From Ascoidea asiatica JCM 7603 (lineage: Eukaryota > Fungi > Ascomycota), in NCBI GenBank assembly GCA_001600695.1, contig BCKQ01000002.1, positions 2,103,857-2,167,856 on the forward strand: a stretch of 64,000 bases of DNA, given 5' to 3'. Numbering within the stretch: position 1 is the first letter of the stretch; every line of letters starts with the position of its first letter. The notes beneath the pieces are model-generated. The model saw only the letters and a program-made list of their open reading frames with translations. It was not told the origin of the DNA and did no database searches. The position numbers and the translations under genes were made by a program. Positions 36,801 to 47,821 of this stretch are shown one piece after another.

Positions 36801-38822
36801 CCAAAATTTGAAACCCAACTTGAAAAGCAAGAAAAAAGTGATGATAAAGTAAATAATAAAATTGATACCAAGCCTGTTGATAAAATTGAGAATAAAATTG
36901 AGAATAAAGTTGATAGCAAGTCTGCTAATAAACTCGACAATAAAATAGATAGTAAGGTAAATTTCAAAACAAGCAATAAAACAGATAAGACAAAGGATAA
37001 TAAAATATCTAAAAAGACAGATAGTAAAACGGATAATAAAACTGACAGAGTGGATAATAAAATAGATAAAAAAATCTACAAGAAAGTAGATACCAAAACT
37101 GAATTTCGCGCTCAGAAAAAACCTGAAATAGAATTCAAATCTGATTTACCAAAATCATTACCAAAAACACCAAATATTATAAAAAAAGAAAGCAAACCAA
37201 GTTTCAACCCTAAATATCCAGATAAAGGGTCTAATAGAGAGAGCTCGAAATTTTCAAAAGAAGATCAATCTAAGTTATCTTTAGATAATCCAAAAACCGA
37301 TGGATTTAAGCAGTATAAGTCAAATAATAAAGGCCCAAATAATGATATGAAAAGTAATTATTCCGATAAAAAAGTCTATCATAAAAATGATTTCAGTAAA
37401 GATCAACAATCAAGTAGAAGCAATACAGGAACCGACTTTAATAGCTATAAATCTTCTAATAAAAATTCGAAGAATAGAGTTAATCAACTTTCCAGAATGC
37501 AATATATTAGACCAGAATTAGCTGAATACTATCAGAAATATTCACACTCAAAAGTTGAAAATTTGAAACAGACAGCTGATACAACAAATATTGTCAAAGC
37601 AAATACCACTGCTTTGAATGAACTTGAAAAGAAGGAGATTAAAAATATTGAAAATAAAGTAATTCAGAAGCCAAATTCAGTTAAAGCTCCCAGAATTTCG
37701 AAATATTCTTCTCCTAAAAATGTATCGCAAAACAACAACTCTATTATTCAGCTAGATAATAAATCAATACAGCATGGAGGTAATGTCAGCAAAATTTTCA
37801 ATAGGGATCGTCAGCAAGCTGAATCTACCAAGAAAAGGGGAGCTGAGTCAAATACCAAACAATTAGAAAATAAGTCTGAAGACATCGATAAAGGTAATAT
37901 TGAAAAGGAAACGAAAACTGTTCAAGATAAAAGAACAAATAAATCTAAAGGCTCTACATTATCAAATAATGATGATAAAGTTTCTAAAACTAATTTTTCA
38001 CAAACTAAATTGTCAAATAACCAAAGAAATTTACCAAAAGACACAATTATTTGCTCAAATGAAAGTACTTCAATAAAGAATCGTAAAACCCCTCATGCAC
38101 ATTATTACAATCCCAATTATATTTCAGGCTCTAAGGTTAATTCTAATAGTAACTCGACTACAAAAAAAACTGAACAGTTAAATATTGAACGTGGAAAAAA
38201 AGATAATGATATAAAGGGAAGTAAAGTTGATACTGATAAGAAAAATAAAATTGATAAGAAAAGTAATTCAAAGGACATTTCCAACGTTTCGGGTACTGTG
38301 AAAAATTCCCCATCAACGATAAAAAATGAAGAAGAAAGCAAAAAGACGTTTAATACAGAGAATTCAAAAGCAACAAAGAAAAACTCATCGAATGGGAGTG
38401 ATAACAAAAAAGAATCAAGTAATTCAAGAACATTGAATTCTTCTTCAAAAAATAGAAATTATGAAAATAGTAAAATCAACAGTGGACTTTCTGGATCATC
38501 GTCCAATAGTTCCGGTAGCAAAAATTCATCAAAATTTACTAAAAATGTTAAAACTTCCGACGAAACAAAAATTGCTCCTAAAAAGCCTTTGAATCAATAT
38601 GAATATTTATTAAGTCTTGATCTGGATGATTCTGAAGCAAGTGAGAAATCTAATATTGGAGAATCTAGAGAAAAAAATACAACTAAAAGAAAAGATTCTG
38701 ATTTATCTTCTAGGGGTAGAGGTTCTTTTAGAGGTAGGGGAAAGACAAGATCATTTCGACAAGTAGATGGAACCTTTAAAAATAAAAGTAAAACATTTAA
38801 TAAAGAAGCTAAAGCTGAATAA
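33803..38822 (+). CDS. PSP2: Psp2 (RRM-like/RGG translation regulator), spliced: join(33803..33806,33958..34005,34132..38822), about 1580 aa
   Basis: Spliced N-terminus MAPKKNKMSLKEFIADASLGQISWADDD, then PPYIVKF.NL, KKFKLFW, KIAFIEF, ADFKDF, NPFGNAKPIDT and C-terminal RGRGSFRGRG. Exon 3 is open and in frame with the track ORF at 34425. Confidence 0.85.
33807..33957 (+). other. Spliceosomal intron 1 of PSP2 (151 nt)
   Basis: GTATGT donor directly after ATG G, TACTAAC branch point at 33917-33923, TAG acceptor. Splicing restores the frame. Confidence 0.9.
34006..34131 (+). other. Spliceosomal intron 2 of PSP2 (126 nt; alternative acceptor at 34137)
   Basis: GTATGT donor, variant branch point AACTAAC at 34101-34107, AAG acceptor at 34131 or TAG at 34137. 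Both acceptors are in frame. Confidence 0.85.
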
Positions 38823-39332
38823 ATGTGATTAGTAAAAGTAGATAATAATATATTATCTATCTTATTTTGAGATTTGTTCTACATTTTTCCTGCATATTCT
38901 GTATTGTTTTTTATTTTACTACTTTATTTACTCTTCATGATGGTGTTTTTATTAAAAATTAAAAATCGTAATAAAATGTCGACTCGACTTAATTTTTTTC
39001 TAGTTTTATGTGTTAAAAAAGTTTCATTTTCTCGAACAATCAGCAAGTTTTTACTTATCAATATTTGTTCTTTATGTATTTAGTAATGTACAAACCCTGT
39101 TTTTTAATTGAAAAAATATTTTTCTAGTATTGTATTATAGATTTGTTTCATCTTTTTGAATTATAATTGTTTTCCCCCATTATTGACTGTGCAACATCCA
39201 GCATTCATATTTTATTGTATCCGAGTTCAAAAGTTCAACTGAAATTGAAAAATATTCCAATAAATTATTCGGATTTGAATAAAATAATCAACTATACATC
39301 ACAAAAGAACAAGAAAATATCGAATAACAATA

Positions 39333-40145
39333 ATGAGTATCGAAGAAGAACAGATAAAATTAGAGCAGGTTGAAAATCCTGTACAAAAAGAAAGCATTTA
39401 TGTTCATGAAGTTTATAATGAAATAGCTCAACATTTCTCCAATACAAGATATAAACCATGGCCAATTGTAGAAAAGTTTCTTACTGAGTTATCAAATGGG
39501 TCAGTTGGTTTGGATATTGGTTGTGGGAATGGTAAATATTTGAATATAAATAAAAATGTTTATGTATTAGGTTCTGATTTTTCAGAAAACTTGATCAAAC
39601 TAGCATATAATAATCAATCAAAGGATTCGATAAATAATGAATCTATTATTGCCGATAATTTAAATTTACCTCATCATAATAATTTTTTTGATTTTGCAAT
39701 ATCCATAGCAGTCATTCATCATTTTTCTACAGAAAAAAGAAGAATAGAAGCAATAGAAGTCATACTAAAAAAACTAAAAAAAAATGGAAAAGCTTTGATA
39801 TATTGTTGGGCTCTTGAACAGGAGAACTCTAGAAGAGGTTATAAGGAAGGAATGCCTCAAGATGTGTTGGTTCCATGGAAGCTTCAAAACAAAAAGGAAA
39901 AAAAAGTAAAAATAAAATCCAAATCCAAATCTAAATTCAAAAAGAGCACCAATCAAGAGCTTGAACCTGAACATAAACCTGAGCAAGAACCTAAACCTCC
40001 AGTTGTTGAAGAAGAAACCAAATTCAGATATTATCATTTATACAAAAAGGGAGAATTAATACAGAATGCTGTTGATGCTGGAGCTGAACTTCTTCAGTCT
40101 GGCTACGAGAGAGACAATTGGTGGGTGATCATAAAAAACAAGTGA
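39333..40145 (+). CDS. TRM9: tRNA wobble-uridine carboxyl methyltransferase Trm9
   Basis: YVHEVYNEIAQHFSNTRYKPWP, LDIGCGNGKY, DFAISIAVIHH, WALEQENSRRG, QDVLVPW, RYYHLY, YERDNWW. Confidence 0.95.
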   Translation: MSIEEEQIKLEQVENPVQKESIYVHEVYNEIAQHFSNTRYKPWPIVEKFLTELSNGSVGLDIGCGNGKYLNINKNVYVLGSDFSENLIKLAYNNQSKDSINNESIIADNLNLPHHNNFFDFAISIAVIHHFSTEKRRIEAIEVILKKLKKNGKALIYCWALEQENSRRGYKEGMPQDVLVPWKLQNKKEKKVKIKSKSKSKFKKSTNQELEPEHKPEQEPKPPVVEEETKFRYYHLYKKGELIQNAVDAGAELLQSGYERDNWWVIIKNK

Positions 40146-40305
40146 GGACTTGACCGATTCCGTAATGTTACTAATACTGCGCGCATCTTCTTAGACAGAA
40201 CATTTAACTTTTATATATTTTTGTAGAAATATCTTGTAAAACGTAGGTGAAATAAACGATTAACTATACAAATAAAAGAATTATTCACTTTAGTATTAAT
40301 TGAAA

Positions 40306-41955
40306 ATGAATAGAATTGTATATAGAGCGACTGGGTTACCATCCTTTAGTATCAAAGCTGAAAGAGTATTAAAGCCTTGTCCTTTTTTTAATTCAACAAT
40401 CTTCAAAGAAAATTTCAAATTCAAGAGAAATTTTTCAAGTAATTTAAAAAAAAAAATAGTGATTGTAAATGAAGACAAAACAAATAAAACAAAAAGAAGA
40501 GATATCCCATTGAATAATTTAACAGACATTATAAGGGAAACAATAAATGCAACTGGTCCAATACCTTTAAGTTCATATATGAAAACATGTTTAACTCATC
40601 CAACTTTTGGTTATTACACTACAAAAAATCCATTAGGTTCAACTTCATCTTCTGATATCAATGATCCACTGAATCATAATAAAGGAATCACTCAATCAGA
40701 TGGGGATTTTATAACTTCTCCTGAAATTTCTCAAATGTTTGGAGAAATGGTTGGTATTTGGTTTGTATCATTATGGCTAGCTCAAAAGAAGCCTAAAGAA
40801 ATAAATTTCATAGAGTTTGGTCCTGGTAAAGGAACATTAATGTATGATATTATGAAGACATTCAATCAATTATCTTCTAAATTATTCAAACAGCCGATAA
40901 ATATAAATATAATATTAATTGAAGCATCACCAAAATTAAGAAATGATCAGTGGGCTAAATTGTCTAATAAAACTTTTGAATTAAAAGAAAATGAAGATAA
41001 AATTGGATATAAATCAAAAAGTAAGTGGGGAAATAATATAAGATGGTTAGAAACTGAAAAAGATTTGGATTTAGTTATAAGTAAGAGTCCTGATTCAAAA
41101 GTTGCAAATTACATAATTGCTCATGAATTTTTTGATGCATTACCAATTAAACAGTTTGAAAAAACAACTGAAGGTTGGAAAGAATATCTTGTTGATTATT
41201 CTACTGAAGAAAAAATTGAAAAATTGAAAGTAAATAATAAAAATAAAGATAATAATGACATTGCTAATGACGAAGATAATAACAAAGATAAAGATAAAGA
41301 TAAATCGGATTTATTAAATGCTACTATATCAAAAACTGAAGAATTAATAAGTAGTAAAGATGATCAAATAAAATTAATTAAAGATTATCCTTTTTATTTA
41401 ACACTTGCACCAAAATCTACAGTTTCTTCAAAAATTGTTTCAACAAATGAAAGATTTAAAGATTCTTCAATAAACTCTAGAGTTGAAATTTCAGTTGAAT
41501 CTTTAGATTATATTAAAAAAATGTCAGAAATTGGATCATTAAATTCATTAGGTGCAACTTTAATAATGGATTATGGCCCATCAAATACTTGTCCAGCGAA
41601 TACTTTAAGAGGCATAAAGAATCATAAAATTTTATCACCATTTTATAAACCTGGAGAAGTTGATTTATCTGCAGATGTTGATTTTGATGGATTAAAAAGA
41701 CACGTTTCTGAAAATGTAAAAGTTTTTGGACCTAGAGAACAAGGAGATTGGTTAAATGAATTAGGAATGGGATATAGAGCTGACCAATTGATTAAATTGA
41801 GTAAAAGAAATGAAGATAAAGAATTCATAAAAAAAAGTTATCTTAGACTAGTAGAAAAAAGTGATGGTAATATGGGTAGTATTTATAAATTTATGGCATT
41901 ATTACCAAAAGACTCAATTACTCCTGTAGGTTTTGGAGGATCTGTAGTTGAATAA
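40306..41955 (+). CDS. NDUFAF7: Mitochondrial protein-arginine methyltransferase NDUFAF7/MidA (complex I assembly factor)
   Basis: GPIPLSSYM..CLTHP..GYY, GDFITSPEISQMFGE, EFGPGKGTLM, AHEFFDALP, MDYG, DLSADVDF, MGSIYK; basic presequence. ATG at 40306. Confidence 0.9.
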   Translation: MNRIVYRATGLPSFSIKAERVLKPCPFFNSTIFKENFKFKRNFSSNLKKKIVIVNEDKTNKTKRRDIPLNNLTDIIRETINATGPIPLSSYMKTCLTHPTFGYYTTKNPLGSTSSSDINDPLNHNKGITQSDGDFITSPEISQMFGEMVGIWFVSLWLAQKKPKEINFIEFGPGKGTLMYDIMKTFNQLSSKLFKQPININIILIEASPKLRNDQWAKLSNKTFELKENEDKIGYKSKSKWGNNIRWLETEKDLDLVISKSPDSKVANYIIAHEFFDALPIKQFEKTTEGWKEYLVDYSTEEKIEKLKVNNKNKDNNDIANDEDNNKDKDKDKSDLLNATISKTEELISSKDDQIKLIKDYPFYLTLAPKSTVSSKIVSTNERFKDSSINSRVEISVESLDYIKKMSEIGSLNSLGATLIMDYGPSNTCPANTLRGIKNHKILSPFYKPGEVDLSADVDFDGLKRHVSENVKVFGPREQGDWLNELGMGYRADQLIKLSKRNEDKEFIKKSYLRLVEKSDGNMGSIYKFMALLPKDSITPVGFGGSVVE

Positions 41956-42220
41956 ATTTAGATAAAATTCAATTTTTCAAAACTTTGTAAATACGCTCAT
42001 TATTTTAGTTCAATTCAACGGAAGATAATTTAAAATAAAAATGTTTAAAGAAAACATCATTTAAAGATAGTTACTACAAAAATCAAAATTTTGAATTTGT
42101 ACATAGTAAATAGTAATAATTAAAGTCTTTTATTTTATTTTTTTTTTTTTTATTTTATTTTATTTTATTTTATTTTATTTGGATTTTTATTATTATTTTA
42201 ATGAATATATAGTATATCAG

Positions 42221-43801
42221 TTACATAAAATCATTTGGATCCATTAAAATACATGAACCTGAATAATTATTAAGAGAATCATCATCTTTTGTTGTAAAAG
42301 TTTTTCCTAAAAAGCTATTACTAAAATCAAAATTTGAGTTCAAACTTCTTTTGCGAGTCTTATTCACTGAGTACATTTTTCTTTTATTGATATTAGGATT
42401 ATCATGATTCTTATTATTATTATTTAAATTACTATTGATATTTATATTATTATTGTTGTTGTTATCGTTTATATTATCATTATCATTATCATTATCAATA
42501 GAATTAAGTGATAGTGATGTGAATGTATTATCAGGAATAGAAATTGAAGAATTATTTAGACAATTAGAAGTAGCATTTTGATGAATTGAATTGTCTTGAT
42601 TAGTTTGATTGAATTGATTGGTTTGAATGTATTGATTAGTTTGATTATTTGAATTGGAATCATTAGTTAGATCATGATTTAAAGGGGAAGATAATTGATC
42701 TTTTAAAAAATCTTTTAATTTAAGCCAATTAAATAATATTATATTACTTTTACTGAAATAAGAAATAATTAAATAATCAATAATATCAATAAATGAAATT
42801 AAAGAATATTTACTAACTTCAGAATTTTCAATTCTTAAAGAATAAATAATTGAATAAATTACAAAAGGATAAAAATTATAATTATTTGAAATTGATGAAG
42901 AAGATAGTAAATTATTTGAATTATTATTATTATAAATATTGAAAGATTGCAAGAAAATAATTGGGAATAATAATAAATCAAAATAAGCAGCTAATAATAA
43001 TAATGGAGTTTCTAATAAATCAGTTAATGGAATTAAAATATTTAAAGAAATTGAATAATCAGTAAAAATTTCAGTTGATAAATAATTAATTAAATTTAAT
43101 AAAGAATATAAAAAAAAAGGTAAAATTTTAAAAATTGTAATTGGAGTAAATAACCAAAGAATTGAAAAACTTAATAATAAAGTATTTTCGAATTTTAATA
43201 AATTTGATAATTTAAAAGGATATAATTGATTAATTTTATTATTAATTGAAATAAAAATAACTAATGAATAAGTTAAAATTGAACCAAATATTGATAAATA
43301 ATAAAAAAAATTTTTGTAGAAATTATTTTGATTAAAAAAAAATAAAATATAATTAATAGTACCAAATATGGTGATAAAATGAGAAAAAGACCAAATATAT
43401 TTTAAAGATAAATTAATTTTTGGGAAAATTTGTTTTAAATTATATTTGATTAAATAATCAATTTTTTTAAAAGAATAATTAAAATTTAATTGAAAATAAT
43501 TATTTAAATAAATTTTAGTTGAATTTAATTGAAGGATTAGAAAATCATTTAAATTTTTATAATCTATATTGAATAAAGATGAATATAGATAATCTGAGTT
43601 CAACTTATTATAAATATTTTGATTTAAATAATCTGTCAAAGAAATTGGATTATTTAAACTATTAAGTTTATTTATACTATTAATATTGTTTATATTATTA
43701 TTTAAATCATTTATATTATGATTTAATATATTCATATCATTCAAGTTATTTCCATTATTATTGATATTATTATTATTGATATTATTATGATTGAAATCCA
43801 T
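42221..43801 (-). CDS. Pom33/Per33 (TMEM33) family membrane protein with Asn-rich extensions
   Basis: WSFSHFITIFG, YYLSIFGSILTYSLVI and LLKFENTLLL..SILWLFTP...KILPFFLYSL resemble the UPF0121 core. First ATG is at 43801. Confidence 0.62.
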   Translation of the reverse strand: MDFNHNNINNNNINNNGNNLNDMNILNHNINDLNNNINNINSINKLNSLNNPISLTDYLNQNIYNKLNSDYLYSSLFNIDYKNLNDFLILQLNSTKIYLNNYFQLNFNYSFKKIDYLIKYNLKQIFPKINLSLKYIWSFSHFITIFGTINYILFFFNQNNFYKNFFYYLSIFGSILTYSLVIFISINNKINQLYPFKLSNLLKFENTLLLSFSILWLFTPITIFKILPFFLYSLLNLINYLSTEIFTDYSISLNILIPLTDLLETPLLLLAAYFDLLLFPIIFLQSFNIYNNNNSNNLLSSSSISNNYNFYPFVIYSIIYSLRIENSEVSKYSLISFIDIIDYLIISYFSKSNIILFNWLKLKDFLKDQLSSPLNHDLTNDSNSNNQTNQYIQTNQFNQTNQDNSIHQNATSNCLNNSSISIPDNTFTSLSLNSIDNDNDNDNINDNNNNNNININSNLNNNNKNHDNPNINKRKMYSVNKTRKRSLNSNFDFSNSFLGKTFTTKDDDSLNNYSGSCILMDPNDFM

Positions 43802-44152
43802 ATTATTTATTATCTCTTTTTTTTTAAAAAAAATATTTTTTATATTTGATAATGCAAAATTCGATAAGAAAACTAGCAAATTAAAAAGAAGCAAAGTTTA
43901 GAAAATTATAAATATGATTACAATTATTGAATTGAATATATCTTTCTTTTATCTCTTATATCTATCAAAGAGTAAATATCTGATTATTATATACGAAGTT
44001 CATTTGAGATCAAGACTTTGATCAGTTTTCAAATAAAGGTATTTTCTTGAGATAATCATTTCAATAAGATTTAGAACCAAAACCGGATGGATTTTACTAG
44101 GCAAAGGCAAAAACAGCAGAAGTTTCAGTCGATTCTCTCATGTTTCACAGGC

Positions 44153-44186
44153 AGCAAAAGAAGCAAAAGAAGCAAAAGAAGCAAAG
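44153..44186. repeat. 9-bp tandem repeat AGCAAAAGA, about 4 copies, in a divergent promoter
   Basis: Read directly from the sequence. Confidence 0.8.
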
Positions 44187-44841
44187 TTGAGTAAAATAAA
44201 GAAATACAAAATAAATAAACAGAAAAGAAACAGAAATAAATCAAAAACAAGAAAACACCGCCAAAAAGCGCACCACAAACCCAAAACAGGCAAAGGTAAA
44301 TAAACAAGAAGAAAAGACCCACAAACTTGGATTTACATTAGCGCATGACTGGAAATTTTAGATCCGCGTACGGAACTTGTGTGGAAACCCTGCCTTTTAG
44401 TTTTTTGTTATCCTTGTTAAGGAATTAAATTTCCGTTTATATCCGTAATTTGTTTCCGTGAAATTTTTATTTCTTGAGACCAGATATGTGGATTCTACCT
44501 TTTAGTCCCGTGCCATGGCGACTATTTCGACTATTTCACACCTCCATCTTCGGTTGACGAATCGAGTGGAGTTTTCTTTCTGGGGAATATTTATTTATTT
44601 ATCGCTGAACTGACTGACTTTGCCATGGTAAAGTTATTTTATCTGCGATGTATTTCTAATTCAAATGTTGAAGAAAATAAAAATGATAATAAAAGAGATT
44701 GATTAAGGAACACAACTCGAAGAGACTATGTTGAATTGAGTTCAGTTCAGCTTATCAAATTATGAGACCCATTATCTTAAAATCAATTATAGTTAATTTT
44801 TTCTCTTATTTAAAAAAAGTTAAATCAATATTAATATAAAA

Positions 44842-46479
44842 ATGAGAAATACATTAGGAGATTCTTTTATCATTTCAAAAATAATGAATTCAAAGTTTAA
44901 AAATGTAATAAATCAAAGATTATTTATGTCTCAGGTGATTCCATCTAGAAAATTTAATACTTTACATTCAAAAAATGCAAAAAATATAAATAATAATAAT
45001 AGCAATAATAATAAAAGAACTAATGATAATATTTCAAATCAAATTTTTAATCATCAAATGGAATTTCCATGTTTAGATAAAACTGATGAAAAAACGAAAT
45101 CTTTAATTGATAATATTCCTGAACCTTCATATTCAAAAATTAAATCTGGTTATAAAATTTTTAATTCAAATATTCCACTTTTTTTAGATTATGGAAATTT
45201 ATTAAAAACTTATAATATTGCTTATGAAACTTGGGGTAAATTAAATCATAATAATTCAAATGCAATTTTATTATTTACTGGTTTATCTGCTTCATCTCAT
45301 GCAAAATCTCATAAAAATAATCTTAATAATGGTTGGTGGGAATCTTTTATTGGTCCAAATAAACCTTTAGATACAAATAAATTTTTTATAATTTGTACAA
45401 ATGTTATTGGTGGTTGTTATGGTTCAACAGGTCCAAATTCTATAGATCCATTAACAAATGAAAGATTTGCAACTAAATTTCCAATAATTTCAATTAATGA
45501 TATTATTAGAGCTCAAAATAATTTAATTTTAAATCATTTAAAAATTGAAAAATTATTTGCAGTTATTGGTTCTTCAATGGGTGGTATGCAATCAATTGCT
45601 TATGCAAATGAATTTTCAAATCAAGTTAATAAAGTTATTTCAATTTCTGCTTGTGCAAGATCTCATCCATATTCAATAGCTATGAGATTTACTCAAAGAC
45701 AAGTTTTAATGAATGATCCAAATTGGAAAAGAGGTTATTATTATGATTCTATTTTTCCACATATTGGAATGAAATTAGCAAGAGAAATTGCAACTATAAC
45801 TTATAGATCTGGTCCGGAATGGGAAGATAGATTTTCAAGAATTAGATTAAATTCAAATTTAAAACCTGCTTTATGTCCAGATTTTTTAATTGAAACTTAT
45901 TTAGATCATCAAGGTGAAAAATTTTCTTTAGAATATGATCCAAATTCTTTATTATATATTTCAAAAGCAATGGATTTATTTGATTTAGGTTTTAAAAATA
46001 ATTTAAGAACTTTAAATTCAAGATTACAATCAAAAAATTTATATTATAATAATAAAATTTTAAATGATTTTGAAAAATTAGAAATTGAAAAAAATTTAGA
46101 ATTTAAAAATTATAAAAGAAATTTAAATGATAATTGTTATATTATACCAAAAGATCCAATTAAAGAAAATATTAAAAATGAAATTAAATCAAATAAATTA
46201 AATAAAGAAGAATCTTTTAATGATTTAGTTAAAGGTATGTCAAATATTTCAAATCATGATTCTTTAATAATTGGGGTAAAATCTGATATTTTATTTCCAA
46301 GTTGGCAACAAAAAGAAATTTCTGAAGTTTTAAAATCTAATCAAATTTCAAAAAATAGAAATGATAATAATATCAATTATATTGAATTAGGTGAAGATAT
46401 TAGTAAATATGGTCATGATACTTTCTTGTTAGATTTAGTTCATGTGGGTGGACCAATTGGAGAATTTTTAAATAGTTAA
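44842..46479 (+). CDS. cys2: Serine O-succinyltransferase (Cys2-type MetX paralogue), probably mitochondrial
   Basis: Alpha/beta hydrolase triad GSSMGG / SDILFP / GHDTFL. Clade signatures FTGLSASSHA, YRSGPEW and PALCPDFLIETYLDHQGE differ from Met2. Presequence-like N-terminus. Confidence 0.85.
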   Translation: MRNTLGDSFIISKIMNSKFKNVINQRLFMSQVIPSRKFNTLHSKNAKNINNNNSNNNKRTNDNISNQIFNHQMEFPCLDKTDEKTKSLIDNIPEPSYSKIKSGYKIFNSNIPLFLDYGNLLKTYNIAYETWGKLNHNNSNAILLFTGLSASSHAKSHKNNLNNGWWESFIGPNKPLDTNKFFIICTNVIGGCYGSTGPNSIDPLTNERFATKFPIISINDIIRAQNNLILNHLKIEKLFAVIGSSMGGMQSIAYANEFSNQVNKVISISACARSHPYSIAMRFTQRQVLMNDPNWKRGYYYDSIFPHIGMKLAREIATITYRSGPEWEDRFSRIRLNSNLKPALCPDFLIETYLDHQGEKFSLEYDPNSLLYISKAMDLFDLGFKNNLRTLNSRLQSKNLYYNNKILNDFEKLEIEKNLEFKNYKRNLNDNCYIIPKDPIKENIKNEIKSNKLNKEESFNDLVKGMSNISNHDSLIIGVKSDILFPSWQQKEISEVLKSNQISKNRNDNNINYIELGEDISKYGHDTFLLDLVHVGGPIGEFLNS

Positions 46480-46857
46480 AAAAAAAATTTTTTTGCTCTG
46501 TTATTGAAATTTTGAGAAAAGTAGTAGCAATTAGATGATGATCAATTTCTTGTTTTTTGGGTCTTCAAATGCTATAGAATATACCTCTTCAACTTTACTT
46601 CAGGAAATCTTCAATGACTCAAAGCAACTTCGCAGCAAGCTTCCTTGCTGCTCATATCATTCAGTCTTTGGTATTATAATTAATCAAATGTAAAACATGT
46701 AACGATAGCCAAAATGAAATAAAATAAAATAAATATCACAAATTCTTTTTAAAATCAACCTTTTTCTCTTCTTATTTCCGCATTAACAAAAATTTTGCTT
46801 AAGTCCGAATTATAGTAAAACCAATTTTGGGGTAATTCTTTTTTTGCTATTTTTGGG

Positions 46858-46864
46858 TTACCCG
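46858..46864 (+). promoter_or_regulatory. Reb1-type site TTACCCG
   Basis: Exact consensus between two convergent genes; possibly a roadblock terminator. Confidence 0.35.
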
Positions 46865-47821
46865 TCGTGGTCCATGATAATTCCAATTTCGAATTTATTT
46901 TTTTGATTATTTGAAATTTGAATTGTTGGTTCTTTTAATTTTAATTCTTTTGATTTTATCTATTCACCGAAATATTTTCCAATTGATTTGATAGAAGAAT
47001 ATAAAAGTGAAGAATGAATCTGGAGAAACATTAGCCTTTTAATCCTGATATTGTTTCTAAATATGGTATAATGCAATGTCTGTTTCATTAAACTCTCAAT
47101 TTTCAAAATCTTTGTATTCCAACCGTGTGCAGCTTTTGAGTATCTAACCCTGTTGTGGAAACCATTGAAATACTTCCCCTTTTAACTGAACTTAAAATAA
47201 TGCTCAAGTACTCAATTATTTACTGAAAAAAAAAAAAGAAATGTTCAATAAAATAAATATTTGTAATAAATAGAGTCAATTTGGGATGAAATGGTGGTTC
47301 CTATCCTATATTTTTTGCTTTACAAAAGCTCTTGACGAAAAACAACTTTTATCATTATTAAGAGAATTCAAACTACAGTATATTTGTAAAAATAAATGAA
47401 AACAATTTGAGCCTTAAAAGTGAATGTATCATAAGACATAAATGAATAAATATGAGAAACTAAAAAAAAAAGACAAAAAGAAAATGTGAGATATATGTAG
47501 AAAATTGAAATAAATTTAGTATAACAAAAATTTATAAAGAAAAAAAGTTAACCATAGATATAAAAAACTAGGAATAAAAGAAGAAAACTTAAACTAAAGA
47601 AAATGACAAAACATACTAAAAAATAAAGAATATGTATAGTTTAAAAAATATGCAATGATAGCAAAGAAATTTATCAATGAATGTTTGATATTTAAGGAGA
47701 GTTTGATTTTCATAATTCATTTGATAACTAAAAAAAGAAAAAAAGGATGGATTATAATAGATTATTGTTGAAAAGTAAGGATTGACAACCTAGTGAATAA
47801 ATTATTAAATGGGTAAATAAT

